DNA of 64,000 nucleotides from Orbicella franksi. Taxonomy: Eukaryota. Positions 1 to 12,849 of this stretch are shown one piece after another (the stretch's first letter is position 1; each line of letters opens with the position of its first letter). The translations under genes were made by a program, and so were the position numbers. The stretch covers positions 8,122,001 to 8,186,000 of the forward strand of contig OZ116707.1 in NCBI GenBank assembly GCA_964199315.1. The letters are read 5' to 3'. The notes beneath the pieces are model-generated. The model made no database searches. It was not told the DNA's origin and saw only the letters and a program-made list of their open reading frames with translations.

Positions 1-1029
1 GTGTGCCTTCATGAACCAAAGACCTGTACAGGTCTGAAGGGGAGAGGCCGGACTAAAGGGGCTACATCTTTGTGCACATCTGTTATGACTGCTGTCGCGT
101 TTTCTTGCATCTTCTTTGTCCCACTGTGTTTAATTGCAGGCAATTTTCTCCTGAAGGGATGATTAACCCCTCCAGCTTTCAGCCAGAGCTCCGTCTGCTA
201 ACCTTAGCCACAAGGCCAGGCTACCCAGGGTGCACCACGAGGAGGTGGAGTTGGCTTTGGGTGTGAGAGGCGATTAGACAGACCGGGGCTTACAAACTGC
301 CCAGAAAGCCTAACGGACGTCCTGTCCGCAAGTTGCGCATCAACACCCTCTTGTACCCCAAAAATAATTAAAAACTTAGACTGTAAAGACACTAGATGTT
401 CCCGTGGGGCACTCCTCGGAGATTGGCTACTCCAACTCGTGTTTGATCCCTGACGGGAGACATAAAGCGGCGAGCCTAAGTCTAAAGCAACGATGACGTA
501 TTTACATGGCTGTTTTTACAGAGGTTAAAATATATACAATGTTTTGTACAGTGACATTTACAAAAAATAAGTCTTAAGTTAATATCTTCTATTTGACAAT
601 TCTAGTTACAAAGGTATTTACAAAAATTCAACTTTGTTGAATTGAAACTATTTACAATAATGTGATTTTTTTGGTCTATGTATTGTTTTTTTTGGCTATT
701 TTTTTTACATACACTAATATGAACGTCTATTTACAAAATTTATTTACAAAGAGAATGTATGGGCGTATGACGTACGTATGATGCGTATGGTAATGCATGG
801 TGCATGCATGTCTAAAATGAATGTGAACATCTGTGTTGGGATGGCAGACGCCCTGTTTGGGTGCTGACATCCACCGGCCTGTACTGCGTGACAGGGCAGA
901 ACAGGTGGATGCCAACCCTGACGCTGACCATCCCCGTACCGTCTGTCTGTGTCGTCGCGTCTGTCAGAGTAACTCGTTGTGGAACGGTCAACGTCGAGGA
1001 GTGGGTGGAGGTGGGGCGGGAATAATTTT

Positions 1030-1440
1030 ATATGGTTTAGTTAAAAACATATAATTGTATTGTATTTACAAATTTATCCTTTCCAAAATCTCAACCTCAG
1101 GTTTACTCTTTAAATATTCTTAAAATTTTGCACATTTCAGCCTTGATATTCTTCTAAAATATATTCATATAAAATAAAAAGAGTGTATTATTTTCTTTTC
1201 AATTGAGACATGGACAGATAATAATAGGATTTGTCCTCGAGAAATGCAAATGATCCCCAGCCTTGACTGTATGGTTGATTTTACATGACCAATTCATTCA
1301 TACAAGTCTTTTTGTGAAATTGTGAATACCTTGGCTACAGGATTTTTTTTTTGCAAATATCCTTCCTAAATATTTTTTCAATTTATCAAAAGATCTGTCA
1401 TTTGCTTTAAGAGTTAACATTGTTAAATCATTAAAAACAA
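1030..1440 (-). mobile_element. Very degenerate 3' remnant of an L1/Tx1-type LINE ORF2
   Basis: Broken minus-strand frames give CSQ..NF(W)KDLYE(W)I and YFI(W)I...EYLKSKPEVE, resembling Tx1 C-termini. An AT-rich TTGTAAATA-containing tail follows toward 500-750. Confidence 0.3.
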
Positions 1441-1442
1441 AA

Positions 1443-2753
1443 TCAAAATTCACATTTCTCAAGGAAAAATCTTATTACCAGCTGTCCATGTTCTGACATT
1501 TTATATACAAGGCAGGCCACCATATCAATTCAACCTCCCTTGTGGCTCTACCTTCCCCATGTCCAACTATCAGGGAGGTCTTCGATGACGGACATTACCT
1601 TTTGACCCCATGCTCATGTACTCTCTTCTTCACATGAGCAATTTCGACCTCAGCAGAAAGGGGGTATTCCTTTTACCTTCATCTGCGGGGTTGTTCCCAC
1701 AAAACAGCATGGCCTGGTCAAATGACACCTCCCCTTCATCCAGGGCTTCCAGGAAGTTATCAAAGTCAAAGAGTTTGTAAGAATTTTTTTCTGTGAGACT
1801 CTGGTAGCTCGGCTGGGACTTGTGGCAAACCAGTCTCACACTATTCACTTGTGCTTTCATTGAGCCAATGAAGTATGCAAAGTACTTTTTGGTACTTGGT
1901 GGCTATCAATTTTCACCCATCTCCGTGGAAAAAAAACAAAAACAAAATATTCAATATGTTCACAAACAATATGATTTTGTTACTTATAGTAATATTAAAT
2001 ACCAGGTCAAAAAGCAATCCCTGCAATTTTTTAATGGAGAACAGCTTAATTTGAAACCCTTAAGGGCCATTCAGTATTTGCACTGTAGCACAAGGCTGCA
2101 TTGACAGGACAAATTAGTGTTATAACTACGATTATTAAAGTTTTTGTAAGGGAAAGAAGCTAAATTTAGACCCTTCCAAGGCCTTTATTTGACTTGTCAT
2201 GCAAAGCTTGTGTATGTTGCATGAGAACACAAACATTGTGGCAGTTTTATGGGATGAGTTATTATTTTCCATTTGACTTCAGTATCACGCAAGGCAATGT
2301 AATTACTCCCATGCAAAGAAAAGGAATACGTGATTGAACATTGCAGACACAGGTCTTCTCTACTGTGTCATTGAACTGCTGCTGGCTTAATGATTCCATT
2401 CTCCCCAAACACCCCATCCCACCTCCCCCTTAAAAAAAAAGCTTGCAACTTCTGTTATGATTTGATCTCATTTAAAAAATATCATTTAGTTTACCTGGTA
2501 GTTGAGGATGAGATGTGGAACTCATTCGTTCAATAATACCATCCAGCCACATCTGGTATCCCCCTTTGCTTTCTTGGTCGAGGTCTTCCCGTGGAATAGG
2601 GAGAGATGCTAGTACTCCTTCCTGATCGAAGAATTCCGGAATAACTGTGTCCTCACTTATGTCCTCATGCCTCTCTCAAACATGCTTCTCAAAGGAATAA
2701 AAAGTTTTGAACACCTTTATACATCAAGGGCATTTCGTCGCGTAACTCGACAT
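1443..2753 (-). pseudogene. Two-exon pseudogene for a small protein with an N-terminal C2H2 zinc finger
   Basis: ATG at 2753: MSSYATKCP*CIKVFKTFYSFEKHV*ERH (C-x2-C-x12-H-x4-H; both stops are TGA, plausibly from CGA). Donor CAG/GTAA at 2495/2494. Exon 2 from ~1925: RWVKIDSHQVP..MKAQVNSVRL..DNFLEALDEGEVSF..GEGRATREVELIWWPALY..HGQLVIRFFLEKCEF*, with frameshifts. Confidence 0.6.
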
Positions 2754-2893
2754 ATCGCTTCTCGAGTGAAACACTGATTGTGTAACTGTGTTTACTCCAG
2801 TTATAGTTTGCAGTTTATTCACCTTATTGCTGATTGGTTGCCCCTTCTAATACAATAGTTCTTAATCATTGGGCACTTGCAGTTTTGTTTGCC

Positions 2894-4741
2894 GTGTTAA
2901 AGCTAAGAGAAAAACCAGGAACATTTGAGAACTCCGATATATTATCATTGCCAGAAGGCCAATAGTCTGGTATCAAGAACGAAGCTGGAAAACTCTACAC
3001 TTTGGAGTTAAAAATAAATTGACAGGCTTAATTCGAGATAGAAAGGCAAGGCAAACCTATGTGACTCTCTGGCTTTGTGCAAGATTTGACAATTTCCGTT
3101 GTCAAGATGGTTTGACTTCCGTTTTCGGCCGATCACCAGGGGACAACAACAAAGCAAGCTAAGAAGCCAAGATTTCTGAATCAAAGTTAATCCTCGAGCA
3201 ATAGGAGAGGCAGGAGTTGATAGCCTCCCCCCAAAAACAAACAAACAAAAAATTGCGAAGGGCATTTATTTAAATAGTTAATTGTAATACTAAACTACTG
3301 CAAAAAATCTCTCAAACTCATCCCCCACAAGCCAGTTGATTTCACCCAACCTAACTTACCTAAGACTGCGGCCCCAGTTACAAAAAGTATGCCAATACCT
3401 GTGAAATCATTTTTCGTTAGGACATGTCCAACATAGGTCAATTGAAAGAGGGTAGATATCGCTCTCGCCCACATTCCAAGCAAGAAAAAAAAAGCAGAAG
3501 CAAGATTGAGAAAAAAGGCGAATGGAAGAGAAAAGAAGAAAGAAGCGAGAGGAGAAATGGGCGAAAAATCAAGCGCCTTTTGTTGGGAAGACTCCTGAAG
3601 AAGACGCTGTCCATATTGAAATCCATGCAAAAGAGTCTAATGAGGATGGAAAAACTGTGGCCAGCAAAAGGATACAACAACTGATTATCCCCAATGAAAG
3701 TTATCGTCAGAGTATTCAGGATGAGGTCAGTGTCAGTAAAAGGAGGAAGGTGGAAACTATCAACGAAGGTGAACGTGCAAGGCCAGATGGTTTCATTTCT
3801 AAAAATAAGTTATCAGTGAAAAGCAGGCCCTGGACGCTGGTACTCTTACCAGGGGGAAGAAATTGCTTTCACTGGCAAAGCTGAAGAAATGACCAGAGGT
3901 TTCCACACAAAGTCATCCCTTTGTCTTCACGAAATCTTAGGGTTGGGAAGAATGCAGAGGATTGAAGAAAGCCAGAGGCTGTCAAAGAACTTGATACGTC
4001 TCTGCTGGTCAAAGTAAAGGAAAGTCCTATCAGTTCTAGAACATTTGGAAACGTCTTGTCCGATACTGCGGCATGAAGGCAGTAGTCAAGGAGATCAAAT
4101 GCATGGTGCATCAAGTACAAGTGAATTTAAAGGATGCAAGCAAGAGGTGCTGCACGAGGGAAGAATGCTGCGCATGCTGGGAGATCACCCAAACCTGCCG
4201 GTTCTTTTTGGTGTAATGCCTCAGAGAGAACCTTACACCCTTGTAATGCAGTTCCATGGGACAGGGGAAGAGGGTATTACCCTCCACAAAGTAGCAAAAG
4301 AAAGAACTTTCAATAAGCAGTTAATGGCAAAAGTGTTTACATTCATGACAGGGGAATTGTGCACAATGATGTAAAGTCCAACAATGTTATTATTCAGTGA
4401 GAAGGCGAACATCATCGTCTCATGATTATCGACTTGGAAAGAGCGAGGAGATCGTGAAATTGAATGCCTACAAGAGAAGTGCAGATTACCTGGCACCAGA
4501 AGTCAGGGAAGGAAAAAAGCAAAGCCCAGCCAGCGATATCTTCTCATTTGGAAGAATGTTACAGTTGTCTGTTTCCAGTAGAAGCTTTTCTCATCTATTC
4601 ACCGAAATTATTTGCATCGTGACTTCCGTTATTTGCATTGTGACCATCCTGAGGACAGGCCTTCCGCAAATCACATTGTTTCAACTCTTAGAAATGTTGT
4701 TCCAATCTCAGAAAACTAGTACGATAACCACTGAATATTAA
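2894..4741 (+). pseudogene. Frameshifted Ser/Thr-type protein kinase gene with a long basic N-terminal region
   Basis: Kinase subdomains in order across frames: degenerate Gly loop SSRTFGNV (~4032), AVVKEIK (~4079), KQEVLHEGRML, GDHPNLPVLFGV, VHNDVKSNNVII (~4359-4394), IIDL(G)KS, YLAPEV, SDIFSFG. Confidence 0.75.
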
Positions 4742-5015
4742 TCTTTTTGTTGTGGACTATGGGATTTGCATGGAGGTTTACTCCTTTGAAACTTAATTTC
4801 AGGCTGTAATGATTGCAGAGCCACCAGAACTGCATTTAAAAGTTCCCAAATAAAATGTAATTAGTGTGCTGGATATTTTGCATAAGTTACTGGGTATATA
4901 TAATCAATATATTGGTAGACTAAAAAGTCGTTGCTGATGCGTGACACTTGGTTAAAAACGATTGAAGTGATACTGGATGTATAAATATCGGAAAGTGTCA
5001 AATATGTTCATGAAA

Positions 5016-5052
5016 ACACAGACGTTTCGGGTATATGACCCTTCTTCAGTGT
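5016..5052 (-). ncRNA. Minimal type I hammerhead ribozyme motif of the Penelope element
   Basis: Minus strand: ACA-CTGAAGA-A-GGGT-CATAT-ACCC-GAAAC-GTC-TGT. Conserved core, 4-bp stem II, palindromic ACGT stem III, short stem I. Confidence 0.75.
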
Positions 5053-6050
5053 TAAAAAAACTGTTAAAACACGCAGTAGATTTATAACTATATTAGATGG
5101 GTGCACGCACATAGAAAAATTGCGCGTGCATTGTTTAAATGTAGCTGAAGTTTATGTTTAGTCCATGCAGCTGCACTGTTCCTAGCCGAAAAATCAGCCT
5201 CATCTCCTGTTGTTTTCGCTGGATGTTGGTGCCACTACACAAACGCGTACCATGCACCTGGACATCTGTGATACTTTGGCCCGTAGAGTTGAAAGGTTGG
5301 GCCACAGGAAATTCAGGAGTGTTCTTGCGTATGCTTCGCAAATGCTCACCAAATCGACTTCTAAGGCTTTGCCCGGTTTCACCGATGTAGAGATGAGAGC
5401 ATCTGTGGCAGGATATGCAATACACGAGATTTTCCGACATACATGTAAAATGTTCTCGAATGGTAAGGTGCATTTAGGACCTGGTATCATGGTGAGAGGA
5501 TTGATGTACTCACAGGTGTTGCAACGAGAGCGTTGACATGCACATGACCCAGGCTGCTCAGTTGAGGAGTTGTTGGTGGAGCGTACCAGCATGTTTCGTA
5601 GGCTGAGGTCGCACTTGTATGCCACAAAAGGTGCTCGTGGGAAGATGTCACACGTTTGCAGATCCATTGATAGAATGCAAAAGTTCTGAATTAGATACCG
5701 TTTAATTTGGGTGTTAAAGGGGTGGTATGTGAGGACCACAGGCACTCTATCAACTGTTCTTTCACCTTTCACTGTTTGGACCCGTTCAGAGTGTCTGAAC
5801 GACGGATGGTTGTTACCCTACACAGATCATGCTCGAGGGAAGTCCAGGAAGGGTAGTTCCGTGTCAGTAATACTGGATGTGAATTGAAGTGCTGGGTGGA
5901 AGTTAGAAATGATGTGAATGAAGGCTTCCGGCATGACGTTGCTCCAACAATGTCATCAATGTACCTTTTGTGCAGCTGAGGTATGATCCGGTGTACTACT
6001 CGCGAATTTGTTGTTCTACATGTCCAACGAACAAGCAGCTGGGACAATTC
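5016..6050 (-). mobile_element. 5'-truncated Penelope-like element (RT C-terminus plus GIY-YIG endonuclease)
   Basis: KRYIDDI (ORF 5769-6047), RVPVVLTYHP and SRCNTC (ORF 5200-5772), FTCMSENLVYCISCHRCSHLYIGETGQSLRSRFGEH (ORF 5135-5473). Hammerhead motif at the 3' end. Confidence 0.9.
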
Positions 6051-8388
6051 CTCACTGTTGAGACATGTTGCAAATCATACAATAACATTTTGTTTGCACA
6101 TAGTTCTAGTTTTCACACATTTTGATTCGTGTAAATAATGCTATTCCTTGTTCTAGAAATGACGTTTTCAATACGATCCCTTTGGTCAAAGCACCACAAG
6201 GGACATCTTTTCCTTTGGAATAATGCTAGGATCTTACGTTTCTAATAGAAGTTTCAAAGCATTCTTTACTGAAGTAATTCAGACCAATTCATGGCACGAC
6301 TTCACAGCATGCCACGATCAGGCCGTCTGCATGCAAAGTTGTTTGTGCACTGAACAAAATTATTTAGATTGTGTACAATTAAAACAGCTCTGCTGGGTGA
6401 ATAGTAGCTTTGAAAGCGCTTTTAACTGTTGTTGTGTGTTTTAGCTCAAAATAAAATGCATGCTGCGAGTGTTGAAAAAGGTAACCAGAGATCAAATTCA
6501 CTTATGCTGAGTAGTTAATTCAATTTCACATGTTTGTGTAATTTCGAGATATAATTACATATGGCATCTGTAGCAACGATGGCTTCCAACAGTGAACAGA
6601 GAAGTCTCCTATGCGGGTCCTCATGTTACCTTAGCTCAGTTATCATGCCTTGACTATCAAACAACATTCCCATCCTGCCATTTTAATGGTGTTCCATTAG
6701 GTTTGCATAACCTGTATGCATTCGTCTGGTGAATTTGAATCCCCAAATCACTCAATATTACCAAGTTCCCATGTAGATGTTCCTACATTTTCCGTTTTGT
6801 TGTTTGATACAATCATTCAACCTGCTTTCAGGCAGAAATCCCCAGTAATTAGCAATAACAAATAAGCCGCCATCTTCAATTGCTCCGTGTCTGTTATTTG
6901 CATATTGTCCAGCAAAAGTCTTTGCACACAGGGTAGGGGTAGAGTGGGGATTATTTCTGAAAGAAAAAGTGTTAGAATTTTTCCAATATCTCGATGTTCT
7001 AATTCAGGGTCTCCGTTCTTAGGTAAAGCAATAAAATGTTACACACTAACAAGGTCTTTGTGCCTTAAAATTCAAACAAAGAAAAGTAACTCTGTTTAAA
7101 GCTCTGAAATCCCGAACCTCACCCCCATGTGAAATATGTTGTAATGCAACGGTCTCAGATAAACATCTTCAGTCAAAATAGAGGCCTTTCAAATGTCTTC
7201 AAAATGGAAACCCGAAAGTCACACATGGAATAACGCTTTAGCAGGTACTACTGGCTTAATCAAACGACACAAATAACACAGATAGAATGATACATCCAAT
7301 AATACCTACATGGGACTTGAGACAGTAATTGTTTTTCTTCAAAGTCGAATATGAGTACTGACAAGATATGCAGGGAAAGAATCAGTTTGCAAAATTCAGG
7401 ATACAACAAACTGAAGTAGGTGAACATGTCATTTTTATGCATATGTCATTTATACTGCTTGGTAATGCTGACGTTTCGAACTGAAGTATTAAATGCCGAT
7501 ATGCTGATGATACTTTTGGTCACGCACTTGGTAGCTGCTGGCATGATTTGGTGTCTTTTGTGAACGATTTTGAATAATTTTTTGACGAGTGCCTAATCAT
7601 TTGCCCAAACTAAACTTTACATATATTGAAAGACCTATCCTAGTATAGTTAGAATCTAAAATCTTGTGGAATTCTGAGACATGACACATGGTCGAAATGA
7701 CAATTCTTTTCACCGACTAACTAACTCAATTTTGGAGAACACTCTGGTTTTGTTTACCATCAAATAATTAGATTAATCCAATATTCTTGAAATTGTCCTT
7801 CTTCAGACAAGGAATAGTTCTGCAATAAGCTGTTTGTATCACAACTTTTCTGCGCTCAATGGTTGCAAAATGAAAATTGAATGAATGGTTGATTTTCAGC
7901 CGATTTTCAGCCCAGTTGGGAATCGCTAAATTGCATGAAATTGAGTCTGAAGGTTAAATCGAAAATGTTGTTTTTCTTGGAAAGACAAAGCTATTTCAAG
8001 GAAAAAACTACAGCCTGTTTGCACTCATGCTAGGGGCTAGCTATATGCAAAAGACGAGAATTTGAATTTTCTAGCCTTGCCAAAGAAATTTGATTCTACT
8101 CTGTCACCGCACTGAGGGCTCACGTGAGATAGCGTTGTGCCTGCGCAAACTCAGTGTGTTGCCGCCTTTGAAAGCGAACGGTGTTATATTATCAGGTAGC
8201 AATAATTTGCTTCTTGAGATGAAGGAAAAAAGTACTAAAGTCAATACACGAGAACAAAGAATGACTAAAGAGCATTCGGGGAGAAAGAGGAAGCTAGACC
8301 CGATGGAGAATATCCTCTCTACATCCGAAAACATAAAGGACCAACAGAGAGTGGAGCCATAAATGGCGCCTCTCGTGTTTCTGCTGAT

Positions 8389-9290
8389 ATGCAGCTCATG
8401 TTGACAGTTATGCAAGAAAGATTTGATAGTCTGAACCAAACACTATCAGCAACGTCTACCAGTACGGCTAGTGCCATTGCTGAGGCGTTTGAGATGTTTA
8501 AAGGAGAGTTAGAAATTGCTCCCAAAAAGGAAAGTGTGCTAGAGAGCGTGGGAACACAAGACCACAAGGTTGGTGAACCACCCGCAAAGAAGCGCTGTGA
8601 ACAACTACCGGAAAAGTCTGATGAGGAAATATTGGAGAAATCCCCAGAAATTGAAATGCTTATCAATAGAGCCCCTCATGCCTCTAATGAAGGAAAGAGT
8701 GGGGTATTAAAAAGCCTAAAACAAAGATCTCTTGAAAGAAAAAATGATTGCTGAGGTTGACTGCGAGCTTGCGAGTGTAATTGATTCAATGCTCAAGAAT
8801 GGGCTATCTGAAGAAAAGTTTCAGGACAAGATGAATAAATATCATTGCCCAAAAAACTGCCAAAACCTACTAATCAAGCAGTCTGGGATAATTTGAGCCC
8901 AGCAGTACGCTCACAAGATGTGAAATTGCAGAAAGTGCAAACTTCCTTGTTCAATTGTCATAGCCATGTGCCTTGACAACTGCGGTAAACAAGTTGCCCG
9001 GAAATCTGTCCTCAATTCCCTCGGGGAATGAAATACTCCTGGAAGCCACTGATGCTTTTGCCCTGATAGCTAATGCAAATTTGGAGTGGAGAGGCGTCAA
9101 GAGCTGATGAAGCCAGACTTAAATAGTGATTACAAACATTTATGTCCATCTTCCTTGTCTGTTACTATCACCGACCAACTGTTTGGTGATGATTTAGCAA
9201 AGGAAGTGAAAGAGTTGACTGAAGTCAACCATGTTGGAAAGAAAGTTGTGACAAATCATGGGTCAGCACAGAGATCACGCTAAGACCCCA
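8389..9290 (+). pseudogene. DIRS gag-like ORF (frameshifted)
   Basis: [74 protein letters not shown] and [13 protein letters not shown] are typical DIRS gag blocks. Confidence 0.75.
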
Positions 9291-9579
9291 GAAACACGAG
9301 GAATTTCAGCAACTATGATTCAGAGACATGGAAATCGTAGCAGGAGGCCTTTTTTAGGCTATCGAAACAACGATCGACAGTCTACCAACCCCAACCAGAC
9401 AAGGAAACCAAAACAAGGGAAACCGAAACAAAGGCCACAGCTACAGACCCTGTTAACACAAATGATGTTGAGGTAAGAGCTCATTCCCTATTTGTGTCTA
9501 ATGACAACATAGGTGGACGATTGAAACAGTTTTTTCCCAGTGGCACTGTTTAACTTCAGATCAGTTTATTCTTGATAGT

Positions 9580-11378
9580 GTGCAACACTACAAAATAGAA
9601 TTTGCCCAACTCCCTGAACAGGAGTCTGTGCCACAGGAAATAAATTTTACCCCTCAAGAACAGATTATCATTGAGGAGGAAATTTCAAAACTCTTAAAAA
9701 AGGGTGTTATTACAGAAGCAAGTCACTGTAGAGGAGAATACATTTCTACCATATTTATTAGAGCTAAAAAAGATGGTGGACATAGGTTGATACTTAACTT
9801 AAAAAAGCTCAATGCATATGTTGAGTACCATCATTTTAAGATGGACACATTGCGATCAGCTATAAGGCTCACGAAGCCAAACTGCTATATGGCATCTGTT
9901 GACTTGCGTGATGCATATTATTCAATACCCATTGATGAGGAATACCAAAAAATTCCTCAGATTCCAATGGAAGGGAAAACTGTTTCAATTCACCTGTTTA
10001 CCAAATGGACTTTCTAGTGCACCGCAATTGTTCACAAAGGTGTTAAACCCTGTTTATGCAACCCTGACATGTAAAGGGCATTTGAATGTCGGATACATTG
10101 ATGATTTGTATTTACAGGGAGATACTGTGCGAGAATGCCATGATAACATCACTGACACAACTGATTTATTTGTTAAGCTGGGGTTTGTTATTCACCCCCT
10201 TAAATCAGTCTTACAACCTACACAAGTCCTTATATTTCTAGGATTTGTTCTTAACTCAGTGAATATGACAGTTAGCTTAACACCAGAGAAGGTGAATCAC
10301 ATAAAAGAAAAATGTTTTGACCTTCTTTGCAAGGTACATATGACAATTCATGACCTTGCAGAGGTAATTGGCCTGCTTGTGTCCAGCTTTCCAGGTGTAT
10401 TGCATGGACCCCCTTTTTATAGACATCTTTAGAATGATAAAACAACTGCCCTAAGAGAGTGCAAAGGGAACTACTCTGCTCATATGACACTATCTGCAGA
10501 AAGCCAACAGGAATTACAGTGGTGGTATGACAATATAGATAACGCTGATTATAAGATCTGTATACCTACTTCCCAGATCAACATCACTTTGTACTCTGAT
10601 GCCTCAAATGATGGCTGGGGTGCATTGATGGGTACATCAAAAACAGGGGGTAGATGTAAGGAGGAAGAAACCCTGCAACATATAAATTGTCTGGGATTAA
10701 TGGCTGTTTTATATGCCTTAAAAGCCTTCTGCAGGAAGGAGCACTCTACACATTCAGGTTTATTCTGACAACACCACTGTGGTAAACTATATTAACTCTA
10801 TGGGGGGTACACACTCCATGGAGTGCCATTCTGTTGCTAAGAACATTTGGCAATTTTGCATGGACAGACAGATATGGTTATCTGCAGCTCATATCCCAGG
10901 GAAAGAAAATATCCATGCAGACAGAGAGTCCAGGATTTTCAGTGATAATAAAGAGTGGATGCTTTCACCTCGCTTATTTTGCAAGATCATTGACATATAG
11001 GGGAAACCCACCATAGACCTTTTTGCTTCTAGGCTAAACAAGCAATTAGATTGTTATGCATCCTGGAAACCAAACCCAGAAGCAACTTATGTGGATGCTT
11101 TTTCAATCACTTGGGGTAATCATTTGTTCTATGCTTTCCCTCCATTTAGTTTGATTGCACAATGTCTACAGAAAATAGCGATGGAGAAATCAGAGGGCAT
11201 CATAATTGTTCCTATGTGGGGAAACTCCGCCATGGTACTCACAACTATTACGCATGATAACGGATGTTCCAAGGACTCTGCCACAAAAGTCAGACACTCT
11301 TCAAATGCCAGCAAGGAAGGAAATCACACATCCTCTAGTCAAGAAAATGACCATGATGGTCTGCGGAGTATCAGGTGA
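9580..11378 (+). pseudogene. DIRS RT / RNase H / Dam-like methyltransferase (frameshifted)
   Basis: RLILNLKKLN, HFKMDT, DLRDAYYSIPI, LPNGLSSAP, YIDDL, YSDASNDGWG, HINCLGLMAV, AAHIPGKENIHADRESR, IDLFASRLN, YAFPPFSL. Confidence 0.9.
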
Positions 11379-11411
11379 TCCCTTGAAACACAGGGAATTT
11401 CAAGACGAGCT

Positions 11412-11890
11412 TTGGACATCATCTTACAGTCATGGAGGAAGGGAACACGTAAACAGTATGTTTCATACATCAAGTGCTGGACCAAGTATTGTCATAGCCA
11501 AAATGTCAGTTGGGTTGATCCCTCTATTTCCCAAGCTTTAGATTTCCTTGTCGAGTTATATGACCAAGGTCTTGGTCACAGTGTTTTGAATACAGCACGA
11601 TCGGCTCTCTCCTGTATACTAAAACCTGTAAATGGCATTAGATTTGGTCCTCATCCTACAGTCACAAGATTTCTGAAAGGAGTCTTCGAATCCAGACCAA
11701 CAGTATCAAGATACACAGAAACATGGGATGTAGGAACAGTCCTGAGACATCTAAAGCCAGTTTGTGCTCTGTACCTTTAGACCAGATAATGTCAGCTGCT
11801 GGTTGGTCTTCAGCCACCACTTTTGCTAGGTTTTACAACAAGCCATTTGATGTAAACAGTGGTTTTGCTGACAGCATTTTGTCACTTAAA
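11412..11890 (+). pseudogene. DIRS tyrosine recombinase with an internal deletion
   Basis: N-terminal part SWRKGTRKQYVSY..LNTARSALS..RFLKGVFESRP..TWDVGTVL is joined at ~11770 directly to the C-terminal VPLDQIMSAAGWSSATTFARFYNKP. Confidence 0.8.
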
Positions 11891-11988
11891 TAATTAACTA
11901 ATAAACCACCTCGCATATGGTTCAAATGGTTTCATGTGTGCAGTTGCTTTGAAGTTTCACGTGAGCCCTCAGTGCAGTGAGAGAATAG

Positions 11989-12264
11989 AATTCAACAATT
12001 AAACAAGACTTACCTGTAAGTTGAAGTTTGATTAGAATTCTATCTGTCACCAAGCACTGAGGGATTATGTGTCCGCCCTAGGTTTTTCATGCCCAACCCC
12101 TTTGTGGCTTGGTGCTGGATTTTCCACTGCACACATGGCAAGTGCTTTAAAAACTGAGTTCACGCAGGCGCAATGCTATCTCACGTAATCCCTCAGTGCT
12201 TGGTGACAGATAGAATTCTAATCAAACTTCAACTTACAGGTAAGTCTTGTTTAATTGTTGAATT
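11989..12264. repeat. Perfect 79-bp inverted repeat (DIRS ICR versus right terminus)
   Basis: 11989-12067 is the exact reverse complement of 12186-12264. Confidence 0.95.
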
Positions 12265-12751
12265 TTGTTTGATTTTTGTGGGAATTTGCTCTTAAGAGAT
12301 TTTTTCCTACAGGCTATATTGATATAAGTTTCTTTCGTTTGGCGTAAACCTCATGCTTAAGGTTGTAATTGTTGATGTTCTGATCCATTTTGTTACTGTT
12401 GCAACAGTGTCTTAAGTATTATTAAAAGACTGATTACAAAGATTATAACTTTATTTTGGGTAGGTTGTAGTTGCAAATCCACAATTCATTCTCAAAAACA
12501 GGTCAGATCCACATACACTTCTAAACCTTCCCACTATTAACTAAATGGAAAATATACGAGCAATAAATAAACAAAGGAGTTTCAAACACTGATTTGGCTA
12601 AAACTTACATTCTGTAGGAACTTGTGGAAAATAGGAACATGGCGAATTGTTTTCCTCCCTATATGAGGCACAGGCTTCCCAACACTTGAATAAGAAATCG
12701 TTTAAAACGGGACAATAATTGATAACAAGGTAACCATTTCTTTCATCTAGT

Positions 12752-12849
12752 TTCGGTTTTATTTGGTTTGGTTTGGTTTGGTTCGGTTTGGTTTGGTTCA
12801 GTTTGGTTTTGTTCGGTTTGGTTTGGTTTGGTTTTGTTTGGTTTTGGTT
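12752..12849 (+). repeat. (TTGGT)n pentanucleotide microsatellite
   Basis: Directly visible imperfect GGTTT array. Confidence 0.9.

Larger units (their letters stand above)
8090..12266 (+). mobile_element. DIRS1-type tyrosine-recombinase retrotransposon, defective, with intact terminal architecture
   Basis: gag-RT-RNaseH-methyltransferase-YR order. The left terminus (~8091-8153) is an inverted copy of ~12153-12222. Internal complementary region 11955-12067. Confidence 0.9.

Noticed and set aside
400-460. tRNA-Asp/Glu-like ends (TCCCGT..GTTTGATCCCTGACGGGAG)
   Set aside because: The T-stem does not pair and no D or anticodon arms are evident; kept only as a structured module.
1210-1492. 43-bp, ~81% inverted match between 1210-1252 and 1448-1492
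   Set aside because: It does not extend, and each arm is explained by a different decayed ORF; probably chance.
7466-7510. GACGTTTCG plus CTGATGA as a possible hammerhead
   Set aside because: The core halves are on opposite strands or in the wrong order, with no stem II.
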